Positions 1 through 10,243 of a DNA stretch of 32,000 nucleotides are shown piece by piece (within the stretch, counting starts at the first letter, position 1; every line of letters starts with the position of its first letter). The stretch lies in assembly GCF_001457615.1 (NCBI RefSeq), contig NZ_LN831024.1, positions 2,340,001-2,372,000 on the forward strand. Direction: 5' to 3'. The position numbers and the translations under genes are program-made. This DNA comes from Pseudomonas aeruginosa (GTDB taxonomy: Bacteria > Pseudomonadota > Gammaproteobacteria > Pseudomonadales > Pseudomonadaceae). The notes under the pieces are model-generated. The model had not been told where the DNA came from. It saw nothing but the letters and a program-made list of their open reading frames with translations, and did no database searches.

Positions 1-267
1 CGGCAGAAAATCGGCCTGTTGCCCACGCTGGTGACCACCAATCCGGACATTACCCGTCTGTTGCAGTCGATGGGCTTCGATCAGGTGTTCAATATCGTCG
101 ATCGTCCGATTCCGTGCCCGGAATGCCTGTCCGACCTGCCGCCGCAGGACCAGTCGGAAGATGTGGTGCGCGACAAGGTCCTGGAGGCGCACCGCATCCT
201 GATGGGCCTCAACGAATCCAACCGCGAAGCCTTCCACGACCTGGTCAGCGCCCTGGAGCGCCATTAA
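1..267 (+). CDS. C-terminal part of a STAS-domain anti-sigma factor antagonist-like protein, truncated by window start
   Basis: Frame 1 is open from base 1: RQKIGLLPTLVTTNPDITRLLQSMGFDQVFNIVDRP..., stop at 265-267. Phi-rich STAS-like C-terminal pattern. Confidence 0.7.
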   Translation, partial: RQKIGLLPTLVTTNPDITRLLQSMGFDQVFNIVDRPIPCPECLSDLPPQDQSEDVVRDKVLEAHRILMGLNESNREAFHDLVSALERH

Positions 268-354
268 CCGGTCGATCCCTTCCCGAATTCCTGCTGAATC
301 CTCCGCTGCGCCGGAACGGGACGCCCTGCATGCGCGTCCCGCCGGCAGCGGCGA

Positions 355-1278
355 TCAGTGGCGGGTCGCCAACTGGTATTCGAGCTTTTCCTGGTCGCGT
401 GCGAACAGGCGGATGCCTTCGGCCAGCTTTTCGGTGGCCATGGCGTCCTCGTTCATCTGCCAACGGAAAGCGCTCTCGTCGAGCACCTGGCGCGGCTCGC
501 CTTCGCCCGGCAGCAGCAGGCGCGGCAGCTCGCCCTGGGCGTCAGCCAGTTGTTGCAGCAGGTCGGGACTGATGGTCAGGCGGTCGCAGCCGGCCAGTTG
601 CTCGATCTGGCCGAGATTGCGGAAGCTGGCGCCCATCACCACCGTCTTGTAGCCGTTGGCCTTGTAGTAGCGATAGATGCGCGAGACCGACTGCACGCCG
701 GGATCCTCGGCGCCGGCGTAGTCGCGGTTCTCGCTCTTCTTGTACCAGTCGTAGATGCGCCCGACGAACGGAGAGATGAGGAACACCCCGGCGTCGGCGC
801 AGGCCACCGCCTGGGCGAAGGAGAACAGCAGGGTCAGGTTGGTCTGGATGCCCTCGCGTTCCAGAATCTCGGCGGCGCGGATTCCTTCCCAGGTGGAGGC
901 GATCTTGATCAGCACCCGCTCGCGGTCGATGCCTTGTTCGTCGTACAGCTCGATCAGGCGGTGGGCGCGGGCGAGGGTGGCCTCGCTGTCGAACGACAGG
1001 CGCGCGTCGACTTCGGTGGAAATACGTCCGGGAATGACTCCGAGGATGTCCTTGCCGACTGCCACGGCGAAGCGGTCGCAAGCCAGTCCGGCGTCGCCGC
1101 CGCTACCCGCGGTAGCCTGTCGAAGGTGCTCGGCGTAGCGCGGCAGGGCGGCGGCCTTGAGCAGCAGCGACGGGTTGGTGGTGGCGTCCACCGGCTTCAG
1201 GCGGGCAATGGCATCGAAGTCGCCGGTGTCGGCGACCACCGTGGTGTATTGCTTGAGTTGTTCCAGCTTCGAAGTCAT
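355..1278 (-). CDS. tal: Transaldolase
   Basis: 307 aa: [13 protein letters not shown] near the N-terminus, [32 protein letters not shown] catalytic Lys segment, [13 protein letters not shown]. Classic TalB-type transaldolase. Confidence 0.97.
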
Positions 1279-1357
1279 GGCGAGGTCTTGTCAGGTGGGT
1301 TCTTGGGAAGAAGAATCCCCCGACCTTACCCGAGCCGCAGGCGCGGCTCAATGGGAG

Positions 1358-2356
<999 letters not shown>

Positions 2357-2948
2357 CGGGACTTCGGTAGGGGGAGCGGAGCAGGGCGAGGGATTTTATC
2401 AGGGATGGGGCCTTTGCCATATCGTCGGTAATGAGCAGTTCCACCCGCCCAGCGTCGGTGTCCGATAACCCGAGGCTTTCCAGCACGGCTCGTAGGCTGT
2501 CATCAGTACATCGATTCGGATGATGTCTCCATCAGCCTCTCGACCTGGGCCGCCACCGTTTTTCAGTCACTGACCAGAATCTCCGCCCCTGGTACATCTT
2601 TCGTGGGGATGGACTCGATCGCCATTTTCTGGGGCGCTGCCAGGCAAAATGGTTGCCAGACCCGAGGAGGTAGTCGTTACCCTCCACTGGGCCTCTCTAC
2701 ATGCGCTCGACGATAGTATCGAGCTCCCGGATCTTGAAAGCCTTTTGGCAGGGAGGCGGGTTCCAGCCCAAAGGAGCGCTCCCGGTGAGTGGCCTTGACG
2801 CTACTGATGGTCAGCTTCGATAGCCCCGAGGAGTCGCCGAGCACATCGCCGATGCTTTTATCGGAGGTGGGATCGAGCGAGGGAAGTTGCCAAGGGTCTG
2901 GGCGGCGGTACGCGGGAACGACCGTTGCTTCTGTATGGCTGGCGCACT

Positions 2949-3542
2949 CTACATGCGTAGAGTTTTCGCCACTTCATCGATTTCGGTGATCGTGGCGTGG
3001 TCGGAAATGACTCTGGCCATGAGGTAGTCATGCAACTCTGCATCGCCATCGACACAGCCGTCTCTGAGCACAACCAACTGGTAGTCCAGATCGAACGCCT
3101 GGCGAACCGTCGTCAGCACTACGCCTGAGGTAGTGGCTCCAGCGATGAGCAATGTTTCAATATCATGCGCCCAGAGAAGCTCGTCCAGTTCCGTACCCGT
3201 GAAGGCGCCGACGCGACTCTTCGTAATGACCGGTTCGCTTTCGATCGGCTGCAAGGCGGCGGTGATCGCCAACCCGGGGCTTCCCGGTTCGATCAAGCCA
3301 CTTTCACGTAGCTCGCGGAATAGCCTGTTGCGCCTGTCCATTGGCGGACCATCGGGCGGGCAGCCCACCGTTACATGAACTACAAGCATATCGGTTTGCC
3401 GTACCCTGGAAAGAAATCTGGAGGTGCGGGCCACTACCTCGGCTGCGCGAGGTGCGGGCACGAAGTTGTTCAGCACGAATTCCTGGAAATCCATCAGCAG
3501 CAGGGCGGAATTAAAGGGAGATTCAAGCACGAGCTCAGTCAT
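2949..3542 (-). CDS. Isochorismatase/cysteine hydrolase-fold family protein
   Basis: 197 aa: FNSALLLMDFQEFVLN (catalytic Asp), VITKSRVGAFTGTELDELL (Lys), LLIAGATTSGVVLTTVRQAFDLDYQLVVLRDGC. Isochorismatase-like fold with the usual nucleophile Cys position as Gly/Ser. Confidence 0.88.
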   Translation of the reverse strand: MTELVLESPFNSALLLMDFQEFVLNNFVPAPRAAEVVARTSRFLSRVRQTDMLVVHVTVGCPPDGPPMDRRNRLFRELRESGLIEPGSPGLAITAALQPIESEPVITKSRVGAFTGTELDELLWAHDIETLLIAGATTSGVVLTTVRQAFDLDYQLVVLRDGCVDGDAELHDYLMARVISDHATITEIDEVAKTLRM

Positions 3543-3569
3543 GACGACCTCTGGGTGGTGGAAAACCGT

Positions 3570-4772
3570 CTAGCGGGTGGAGTGCCCAAGGGCTCGCCAG
3601 TTGAATAGCGCCCCTGCCAGCATCAACAGGCTGGTTACCAGGAAAACGCTGCGCATCCCGAACTGGCCACCGACGAACCCTCCGATTACCGGCCCGATTA
3701 CCTGGCCGGCGAATTGCGCGGATAGCGACCAGCCCATTGCCGAGCCGACGAATCGCTCCGGGACGCTATGGCGGATTACAGCGGCCATGCACGGAAGCAG
3801 GCCGCCAAGCGCCATGCCCATCAGGAAGCGCAGGGCGATGAGTTGCCACCCCGCATATACGAAAGCCTGGGGAATCAGCAGGACGGCCGCGACGCTCAGC
3901 GCGGCTATCATGATGACGCCGTAGCCAATCCGGTCGGCCACCTTACCCAGATAGGTCGCGGAGATGATGCTTCCGAGCGCTGCCGCCGACATGGCCAGAC
4001 CCGCCACAGACGTCACCCGCCTCGAGTCCTCGAGCAGCGTTTCGATATAGACGGTGATAATCGGTTCGACCGACATGTTGGCAATCATCAGCAGCAGGCC
4101 TGTCGCCAGCATGGCGAGGATCACCGCCTTGTTGGGCATATTCGACCAACCGACCTTGGGAGGTTCTTCGACGGCGGGGACGGAGGGGCGTGCAGTCTCG
4201 CGCAACATGAAGGTCGTGAAGACAAACGCAATGAAGATCAATCCACTGGCGCCCCAGAATGTGGCTCGTATGCCGATCAGAGGAGGCAGGAAGCCGCCAA
4301 CCAGCGGCCCTAACAGATTGCCGGCCATCACGCCCGAGGAAAGAAGACCCAATGCCCATGCCGAACGGGATTTCGGAGCTTGCACCGCGACCAGGATCGT
4401 TGCCCCCGACGAGTACCCGCCGGCGATTCCCGCTAACAAGCGCAAGCCGATGAATTGCCAGATATCGGAGGCCAGCCCCATCAGCAACATGGTGATCGCC
4501 ATTCCCAGGCTAGCTCGGACCAGCATGGGCTTGCGACCGTAGCGGTCGCCAAGCATCCCCCAAAGCGGTGCTACCAACCCGGCGGTGACGAAAGTGGCGG
4601 CGTAGGCGATACCTGACCACTGCACGATTGCAGCGTGGCCCGATACCCCGAGTTGACCTATGTAGACCGGGAGGAACGGCAGGATAAGTGTCATGGCGAA
4701 GACGGTGGTGAAGGCTCCAAACAAGCACACGGCGAGGTTGCGTTGCCAGCAGTCGATAGCGGGTTCGTTCAT
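3570..4772 (-). CDS. MFS transporter (TetA/MdtG-like drug:H+ antiporter type)
   Basis: About 400 aa from ATG at 4772 (MNEPAIDCWQRNLAVCLFGAF...); GMLGDRYGRKPMLVRA loop motif, multiple hydrophobic segments. The longer ORF start at 4850 would run through the operator, so the downstream ATG is preferred. Confidence 0.9.
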   Translation of the reverse strand: MNEPAIDCWQRNLAVCLFGAFTTVFAMTLILPFLPVYIGQLGVSGHAAIVQWSGIAYAATFVTAGLVAPLWGMLGDRYGRKPMLVRASLGMAITMLLMGLASDIWQFIGLRLLAGIAGGYSSGATILVAVQAPKSRSAWALGLLSSGVMAGNLLGPLVGGFLPPLIGIRATFWGASGLIFIAFVFTTFMLRETARPSVPAVEEPPKVGWSNMPNKAVILAMLATGLLLMIANMSVEPIITVYIETLLEDSRRVTSVAGLAMSAAALGSIISATYLGKVADRIGYGVIMIAALSVAAVLLIPQAFVYAGWQLIALRFLMGMALGGLLPCMAAVIRHSVPERFVGSAMGWSLSAQFAGQVIGPVIGGFVGGQFGMRSVFLVTSLLMLAGALFNWRALGHSTR

Positions 4773-4820
4773 GTTGCCTTGCATCAGCAGACTCCGATCA
4801 GAGACACTCGATACCACACA

Positions 4821-4854
4821 GTCAATTTGGTATACCAATTTGGTATACATTGAC
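4821..4854. promoter_or_regulatory. Candidate operator between divergent MFS and GntR genes
   Basis: GTCAATTTGGTATACCAATTTGGTATACATTGAC. Perfect 12-bp palindrome TTGGTATACCAA at 4827-4838, plus a second ATTTGGTATAC copy with 13-bp spacing. Located in the divergent intergenic gap. Confidence 0.75.
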
Positions 4855-4888
4855 GTTGGCCAATGGATCTGTCAATCGGAGGCACCTA

Positions 4889-5545
4889 ATGACGGTCATT
4901 CAGCAGGCTGAAGAGCGGCTGCGCCGCTTGATTCTGGATATGGAGATCGGCCCTGGAGAGCGCCTGACGGAGCGCTGGCTCGAAGGGCAGACAGGGGCCT
5001 CGCGAAGCTCTATCCGCACGGCACTGGTTCGTCTTGAGGCTGAAGGTCTCGTTGCGAGGGAGGGCCGGGGATGGCTGGTGCCGCCCATCGATCTTCAGGA
5101 AATAGAACAATTGTTCGTATACCGGGAGATGCTTGAGGTAACGGCAGTTCGCCTCGGTGGAAAAGAGGCGGAAGAAAGCTATCTCCGGGAGGGGGAGGCC
5201 ATACTGGATGCGGTGCCGATAAATGCCTCGGCAGAAGAGACCGAGTCTGCCGGACGCCAATTCCACCTTTGGATTGCCGGTTTGGCCCGCAATGAATTCA
5301 TCAGTCGGGGGCTCGGCGAGGCCCTGACGCGCCTCCAGCGTGTCAGATGGTTGGAGAGCCAACCGGAACATCACGGCTGGGCCGAGCATCGCGCCATCAT
5401 CGCCGCCTTGAGGGCATGCGATATCGAACGCGCCGCGGGGATGGTCGAATCGCACGTCCGGGAGACAAGGGACCGGTTGCTGGAAACTCTCCGAAAAGAC
5501 CGGCGCAGTCTCAGGGCACGCGGAATCACCATTCTTCCTGAGTGA
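4889..5545 (+). CDS. GntR-family transcriptional regulator with FCD ligand-binding domain
   Basis: ATG at 4889 preceded by GGAGG; IGPGERLTERWLEGQTGASRSSIRTALVRLEAEGLVAREGRGWLV winged-HTH, followed by helical FCD-like domain (YREMLE..., HLWIAGLARNEF, EHRAIIAALRACD). Confidence 0.9.
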   Translation: MTVIQQAEERLRRLILDMEIGPGERLTERWLEGQTGASRSSIRTALVRLEAEGLVAREGRGWLVPPIDLQEIEQLFVYREMLEVTAVRLGGKEAEESYLREGEAILDAVPINASAEETESAGRQFHLWIAGLARNEFISRGLGEALTRLQRVRWLESQPEHHGWAEHRAIIAALRACDIERAAGMVESHVRETRDRLLETLRKDRRSLRARGITILPE

Positions 5546-5811
5546 TGCCGGCCGGGCAGGGCGATTCGGTCTCGTTTCCCGAGGAGGGGCATGCCAGGCG
5601 GCGCCGATTCCGACGCCTGAAGGTCTGCAGCCGGTTGTGGGCAGTCTGATCGGGAGGAGCCGAACCAACGAGGGCCGGCGGGCCGTGGCAGCTCCTGGCC
5701 CTGCCGGTGTGCCCCTGCCGACCTAGTCCATTTGAAATATTGCGATCCTGGCATGGGCCAGTAAGATGGGCCGTTCGACGACCCGCACCAGCCTCTATCA
5801 AGGATCGATAC

Positions 5812-6852
5812 ATGAGACTGTCCCGTCCGCGTTTTACCCTTTCCGCCGCCTTGCTGCTTTCTCTTTCCCTTTCCGGTTGCGTGTCTGAACTCGATTCGGG
5901 CGCCTATGGCAGCATGGACGATCCGCGCAACGCGCAGATGCTGGACCTGGTGGACCAGGCGCTGAAGGGGAACATGGCCGTGGTACTGGTGGCCGACGTG
6001 ATGCCGCACAAGTCCCTGAGCGATGCCCTGACCATGACCCAGTGGACGCCAACGGCGATCTGGGAGTACGAGAAGGACCCGAAGGTGACCTTCGGCCGCA
6101 AGTTCCAGACCAACGCGCTGCAGCGGAAGCCCGACGAGACCTATCTGTTCAAGGCCTTCGAGGTGCATATCCTGCCGCCCGGCAAGTACCTGCTGACCGG
6201 CGGCGACGACTACCAGATCCATGGCTTGCTCGACCAGGTCGGCGCCCGCAGCGGTCCGCCCGGTTCGGGCCATGGCGCCAACGGCACCGCGTACCTGTCC
6301 CCCGAGCTGTATCGCGAGTACTACCGGGAAGAAGTCTGGAAAGATGCCACCTATGGCAGCGAGATCAAGACCGAGAAGGTCTGCACCGCCGTGCATGTGG
6401 CCTCGGGCGCCTGCGTGAGCTGGGGCGAGCAGCAATACACGCAGACGACCCAGGGCTCCCAGGCCGGCTATTACCAGCAGACCGATTCCCGCGACGTGCC
6501 CTCGATCAAGGTCCAGGCGCGCCTGCCGGTCGACAAGGCGCTGGCCAGCTTCACCGTGCAGGGCGGGCAATTGCTGCTGGCCCCGCGCATGCACCTGAAG
6601 ACCCCCGGCTACAAGTACCAGCAGTCGAAGTGCCGGGCGATCGATCCGAAGAAGATCGAATGCCCATTGGAAAACCTGACCGTCTATACCTGGCCGGCGC
6701 CGATGGACTTCAGCCAGTCCCTGATCGCCCAGCGGGCCCTGAGCGACAAGCACCGGCAACTGCTGTCCAGGCTCCAGCCCCTGCAGATCACGCCGCTGCG
6801 CAAGCAGGGCATGGAAGACCCGGTCTGGGGCGTGCCGCTGTCATTGAAATAG
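5812..6852 (+). CDS. Lipoprotein of unknown function
   Basis: ATG at 5812 with upstream AAGGA. MRLSRPRFTLSAALLLSLSLSGCVSELDSG has a signal peptide and lipobox LSGC; about 346 aa. Confidence 0.82.
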   Translation: MRLSRPRFTLSAALLLSLSLSGCVSELDSGAYGSMDDPRNAQMLDLVDQALKGNMAVVLVADVMPHKSLSDALTMTQWTPTAIWEYEKDPKVTFGRKFQTNALQRKPDETYLFKAFEVHILPPGKYLLTGGDDYQIHGLLDQVGARSGPPGSGHGANGTAYLSPELYREYYREEVWKDATYGSEIKTEKVCTAVHVASGACVSWGEQQYTQTTQGSQAGYYQQTDSRDVPSIKVQARLPVDKALASFTVQGGQLLLAPRMHLKTPGYKYQQSKCRAIDPKKIECPLENLTVYTWPAPMDFSQSLIAQRALSDKHRQLLSRLQPLQITPLRKQGMEDPVWGVPLSLK

Positions 6853-6932
6853 CGGGTGTTCGCTCAGGGGCGCGCCGGGTGCCGCCCCTATCCACGATCG
6901 GCAGGGAAGCATTTCCCCACAAGGAAGGTGAC

Positions 6933-7529
6933 ATGAACGTATATCGCAAGGTTTCCCGCAGTGCCGCGACTTGGCTGTGCGCCGCGCTGCTGGCCGCATC
7001 CGGCCATGCCTGGGCCGAAGACTGGTGGGTGGTACACAAGGGCGACGACCCTGCCGAGCTTGACGTGTTCCTGGCCGATGCCGATTCGCTGGCACCGGTG
7101 CCGGGTATCGAAAACGCCTGGCAGTTGCAGATCGCCATGCTGTTCGACTCCTTCCATCTGCTCAGCGCGCACCAGTACCGCTGCGATACGCGAGAGGTGA
7201 AGGTGGTCAACGCCAAGACCTTCTCCAACAACGGGCAACCCACGAGCCTCCAGTTCACCTTCGCCAAGGGCTGGACCCCGCTGCCCAACGAAAGCCATGA
7301 GGCTGTCCTCCAGTTCATCTGCGCGCCGCAGGAGCGCGAACGCAATGGCATGCGCTCCACCGGCAGGGGCGTGCCATTGCAGGCGGTGATCACCGCCGTC
7401 GGCATGGTCGAGATGGAGCGCGCCCAGGCCAATCTCGCCGAGGCCCGGCGCAAGCTCGAAGAGGCCAAGAGCGATCGCGTCATGGGCGAACTCGATCGTC
7501 TGCTCGGCAACGAACCCCGGAAGCCCTGA
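6933..7529 (+). CDS. Secreted/periplasmic protein of unknown function
   Basis: ATG at 6933 with AAGGAAG upstream; MNVYRKVSRSAATWLCAALLAASGHAWAED signal peptide, 198 aa. Confidence 0.82.
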   Translation: MNVYRKVSRSAATWLCAALLAASGHAWAEDWWVVHKGDDPAELDVFLADADSLAPVPGIENAWQLQIAMLFDSFHLLSAHQYRCDTREVKVVNAKTFSNNGQPTSLQFTFAKGWTPLPNESHEAVLQFICAPQERERNGMRSTGRGVPLQAVITAVGMVEMERAQANLAEARRKLEEAKSDRVMGELDRLLGNEPRKP

Positions 7530-7622
7530 GCCGCTCTGACTGAAGCAGGGTGAGGCGAGGCGGATCGGGCCGTTTTCCGGAGCGATCGGCGTAGGTCCGG
7601 AAGGCGCGTCGGGAGGGTCTCG

Positions 7623-7913
7623 ATGAGGTGGTATAGCCGCATCAGCCTGGGACTCAGCCTCGCGGTCGCGAGCGCTTTCCTGGTGGCGTACTGGCGATCG
7701 CTCGTCAGCCATAACTATCCCAATATGAATGCGCCTGGGCTGATCGCCTACCTGCTGGTCTTTCCTGCCTGCGCCCTGTTGCTGCATTCCCCTGCGTTGG
7801 CATTCGTGCTCCAGCAGCGAAAGCTGGGAAGCGCTCGCGAAAGAGCGCTGCAATGGACGATCAACCTGGCGCTGTGGATGGCGCCGCTTTGTTTCATATT
7901 TGCCAGTCTTTAA
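7623..7913 (+). CDS. Small inner membrane protein, unknown function
   Basis: 96 aa with three hydrophobic segments (ISLGLSLAVASAFLVAYW, GLIAYLLVFPACALLLHSPALAFVL, TINLALWMAPLCFIFASL). Confidence 0.65.
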   Translation: MRWYSRISLGLSLAVASAFLVAYWRSLVSHNYPNMNAPGLIAYLLVFPACALLLHSPALAFVLQQRKLGSARERALQWTINLALWMAPLCFIFASL

Positions 7914-8001
7914 TCAGGCACTCGCGGGTGTGTAGCTCGAGTAAGCGGACTGCTTTGACATCTCCTGCTGCGGCGGAATACAGGTGCGTCCTTTGAGTCG
8001 C

Positions 8002-8379
8002 TCAGCGCTTCGGCGCAAAGACCATCTTCACCGGCGCATCGTGCTTCAGGCGCGAGCCGTTCGGTTGGTTCCCGGGCTCGAAGCTAGGGTGCCAGGCCCT
8101 GAGTTCCGTATCGGACAGCCACTCCAGTTGCAATTGGTCCGCGGATGCGCGCAGGTCGAATTGCGCCAGCGACCGCACGACTGCATGGCACTTTTCCGAT
8201 TTCCCGGTTTCGAGGAGGGAGACCTGTATTTCTTCGCCCCAGGTGATCGAACCTTTCTCCGGGCATTTCCGAACCTCGACGTGGTATTGCCCGTTCGGCG
8301 ACGGCAGGTCGGAAATCAGCTTGTCGGGGCCGCACGCGGCGAGGAGTACGCTCAGTATCAGCAGGGGGCTTTTTTTCAT
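8002..8379 (-). CDS. Small lipoprotein, unknown function
   Basis: MKKSPLLILSVLLAACGPDKLISDLPSPNGQYHVEVRKCPEKG...; lipobox LAAC, about 125 aa. Start set at the internal ATG before the signal peptide. Confidence 0.78.
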   Translation of the reverse strand: MKKSPLLILSVLLAACGPDKLISDLPSPNGQYHVEVRKCPEKGSITWGEEIQVSLLETGKSEKCHAVVRSLAQFDLRASADQLQLEWLSDTELRAWHPSFEPGNQPNGSRLKHDAPVKMVFAPKR

Positions 8380-8518
8380 CCATGACCTCTGTGGAAATCT
8401 CGGAAAGGAATTCCTCTCTTTTCCTGGCGGAAAATGGGCAGGAAGCGGGCCTGCCCATCCTACGCGCGGACTGCTGGATCTGCCCATGGGCGATCCACAG
8501 CTTCGTGCACGAGCGATA

Positions 8519-8611
8519 TCAGATGGCGCTGAGCGATTTCAGGATCAGATAGGTGCAGATGAGCACCCCTGCCATGGACAACAGGCCCAGGGCGACAATG
8601 CTGAGTTTCAT
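8519..8611 (-). CDS. Possible 30-aa single-pass membrane peptide
   Basis: MKLSIVALGLLSMAGVLICTYLILKSLSAI with GAGGAAA ribosome-binding-like sequence about 6 nt upstream. Confidence 0.5.
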   Translation of the reverse strand: MKLSIVALGLLSMAGVLICTYLILKSLSAI

Positions 8612-8920
8612 CGGGTTTCCTCGTTGAACTGCGATGGGCTGCTGTATCAAGGAGGGGAGAGGCAGCAGGCGGGGGAAAGCCCCGGAGGGATGAGCGGCCC
8701 CCGGGGCTTTGGTGACCACCATAGGAGAAAGTCACATTGATAAGGCTAGCCCTGTTTCGCTGTGCGGCAAGCGAAGCGGCATCGCTTTTCCCGCAGGATC
8801 GGGAAAATGCCTAGCCATACCGCAGTGATGGCCACGGAGGGTCCATGCGCCTCGTCCATTTCCTGATTGCCCTTCCCGCCGCGCTGCTGGCTGAGCCTCA
8901 GATAACCGCGCGGCGCAGGT

Positions 8921-10000
8921 TCAGCGTTCGTCGCCGATCTCCAGTTCGATGAAGTCGATGACCCCTGCCGCGCGGTTGTCGAGGCGCTCAAGTTCCTGGC
9001 CGTCCAGCGTCTGCAACAGCGAGACGCCGTGTTCCAGACGCTCGCCGGAGGCATGCGAAGCGGCTTCGCGGGTAGGACTGAACAGCCAGGCGTGCGGATG
9101 TTGCGCGCGCCAGGCGGCGCGGGGTGAAAGGCTGACCTCGGTGCCTGCCGGGTAGTGCCAGGCGCCCAGTTGCAAGGCCTCGGCGAGGACCGTACCGCCG
9201 AGGCCGTACAGGCGGCGGTCGCGGTCGAAGGCCAGGGCGCCGCCGCTCAGCGCGATGCCGCGCACCGACACCCGTTGCCCGGTTTCCGGCATTACCCGCC
9301 AGCGCTCGGCGTCGCGGTAGCCGTCGGTGTAGACCATGCCATCGCTGGCGAACAATCGCGCACCGGCGGGGAAGTCGATGTCGTCGGCGCGGTTGCCGAT
9401 CGCCAGGCTACAGCCTTCGAAGGCGGCGGGACGCCCGTCGCGCTCGCTGGCGAAGGCGATTTCCTGGCTGGCGTCGCAACGCCAGCCTTCGATCTCGGCG
9501 ACTCCCTCGCCACGCAGGCGCAGCGAAGTGGGATGGACGCCGGTGGTTTTCCATGGGTCCTGCGGGTTGTCCTGCTCGCTCTGCAGCCAGCGTTGCAGGT
9601 GGCGGGTGGCGACGCCGCGGATCGTCACCGGGGTGGGGAATTCGGCTTCTCGGAAGCTTTCCGGCTGGTGCTTGAGTTCCAGCTTCAGCCGGGTGCCGGC
9701 AGGCATCTCGATGCCTCCGAGGCGGGTGGGGCGCTCGAGCACGGCGCTGTGCGCGGCTTCCTCGCGTGCACGTTCGCGCTCGTACTGCCAGAGACCGATC
9801 TCCAGCCAGGCGCGCAGTCCCAACGGGATCAGCAGGAGCAGCATCAGCAGGCCGCGGCTCGGCCAGCGGCGGCGCAAGCGCTGGCGCGCGCGCGGGCTGA
9901 AGGCCAGGAGCGATAGCCAGACCAGCAGCCAGATGCCGGCGACGAACGACGACAGGTAGATGAGCGGGACGATCAGGGGAATAGGGGCGACGGGGATCAC
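8921..10000 (-). CDS. Membrane-anchored protein of unknown function
   Basis: 359 aa: N-terminal hydrophobic segments (IPLIVPLIYLSSFVAGIWLLVWLSLLAF; GLLMLLLLIPLGLRAWLEIGLWQYE) followed by a long soluble domain. Confidence 0.75.
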   Translation of the reverse strand: MIPVAPIPLIVPLIYLSSFVAGIWLLVWLSLLAFSPRARQRLRRRWPSRGLLMLLLLIPLGLRAWLEIGLWQYERERAREEAAHSAVLERPTRLGGIEMPAGTRLKLELKHQPESFREAEFPTPVTIRGVATRHLQRWLQSEQDNPQDPWKTTGVHPTSLRLRGEGVAEIEGWRCDASQEIAFASERDGRPAAFEGCSLAIGNRADDIDFPAGARLFASDGMVYTDGYRDAERWRVMPETGQRVSVRGIALSGGALAFDRDRRLYGLGGTVLAEALQLGAWHYPAGTEVSLSPRAAWRAQHPHAWLFSPTREAASHASGERLEHGVSLLQTLDGQELERLDNRAAGVIDFIELEIGDER

Positions 10001-10243
10001 GCGGGCGTCCTTGCGGGTTGGGTTCCATGACGTCTCCGGCGCGGCGTGCCGGGTACCTGCCAGAGTTTACAGGGCGCGTCCCGATGCCGCAGCGGCAAAC
10101 TGTCTTCAGGCCTTGTCCGCCGGGGGCCACGCCCTGGAGAGGGAGGCGCTCGGGGATGGAGTCGGCGAAGTGCCGATTCAAGCCCAGGCGCGACGGGCCG
10201 ATGGGGTGGTTATCGGTTTCTGTAGTCCAGTGGGGAAAAACCA

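Noticed and set aside
4773-4850. Upstream start extension of the MFS ORF (MYTKLVYQIDCVV...)
   Set aside because: It would translate through the palindromic operator and divergent promoter; the ATG at 4772 gives a normal MFS N-terminus.
4850-4888. TTG start of the GntR ORF at 4850
   Set aside because: It overlaps the operator. ATG at 4889 has a good GGAGG and starts just before the winged-HTH domain.
5371-6759. 462-aa minus-strand ORF across the GntR end and lipoprotein gene
   Set aside because: It runs antisense to two supported genes and an intergenic gap, with biased repetitive composition.
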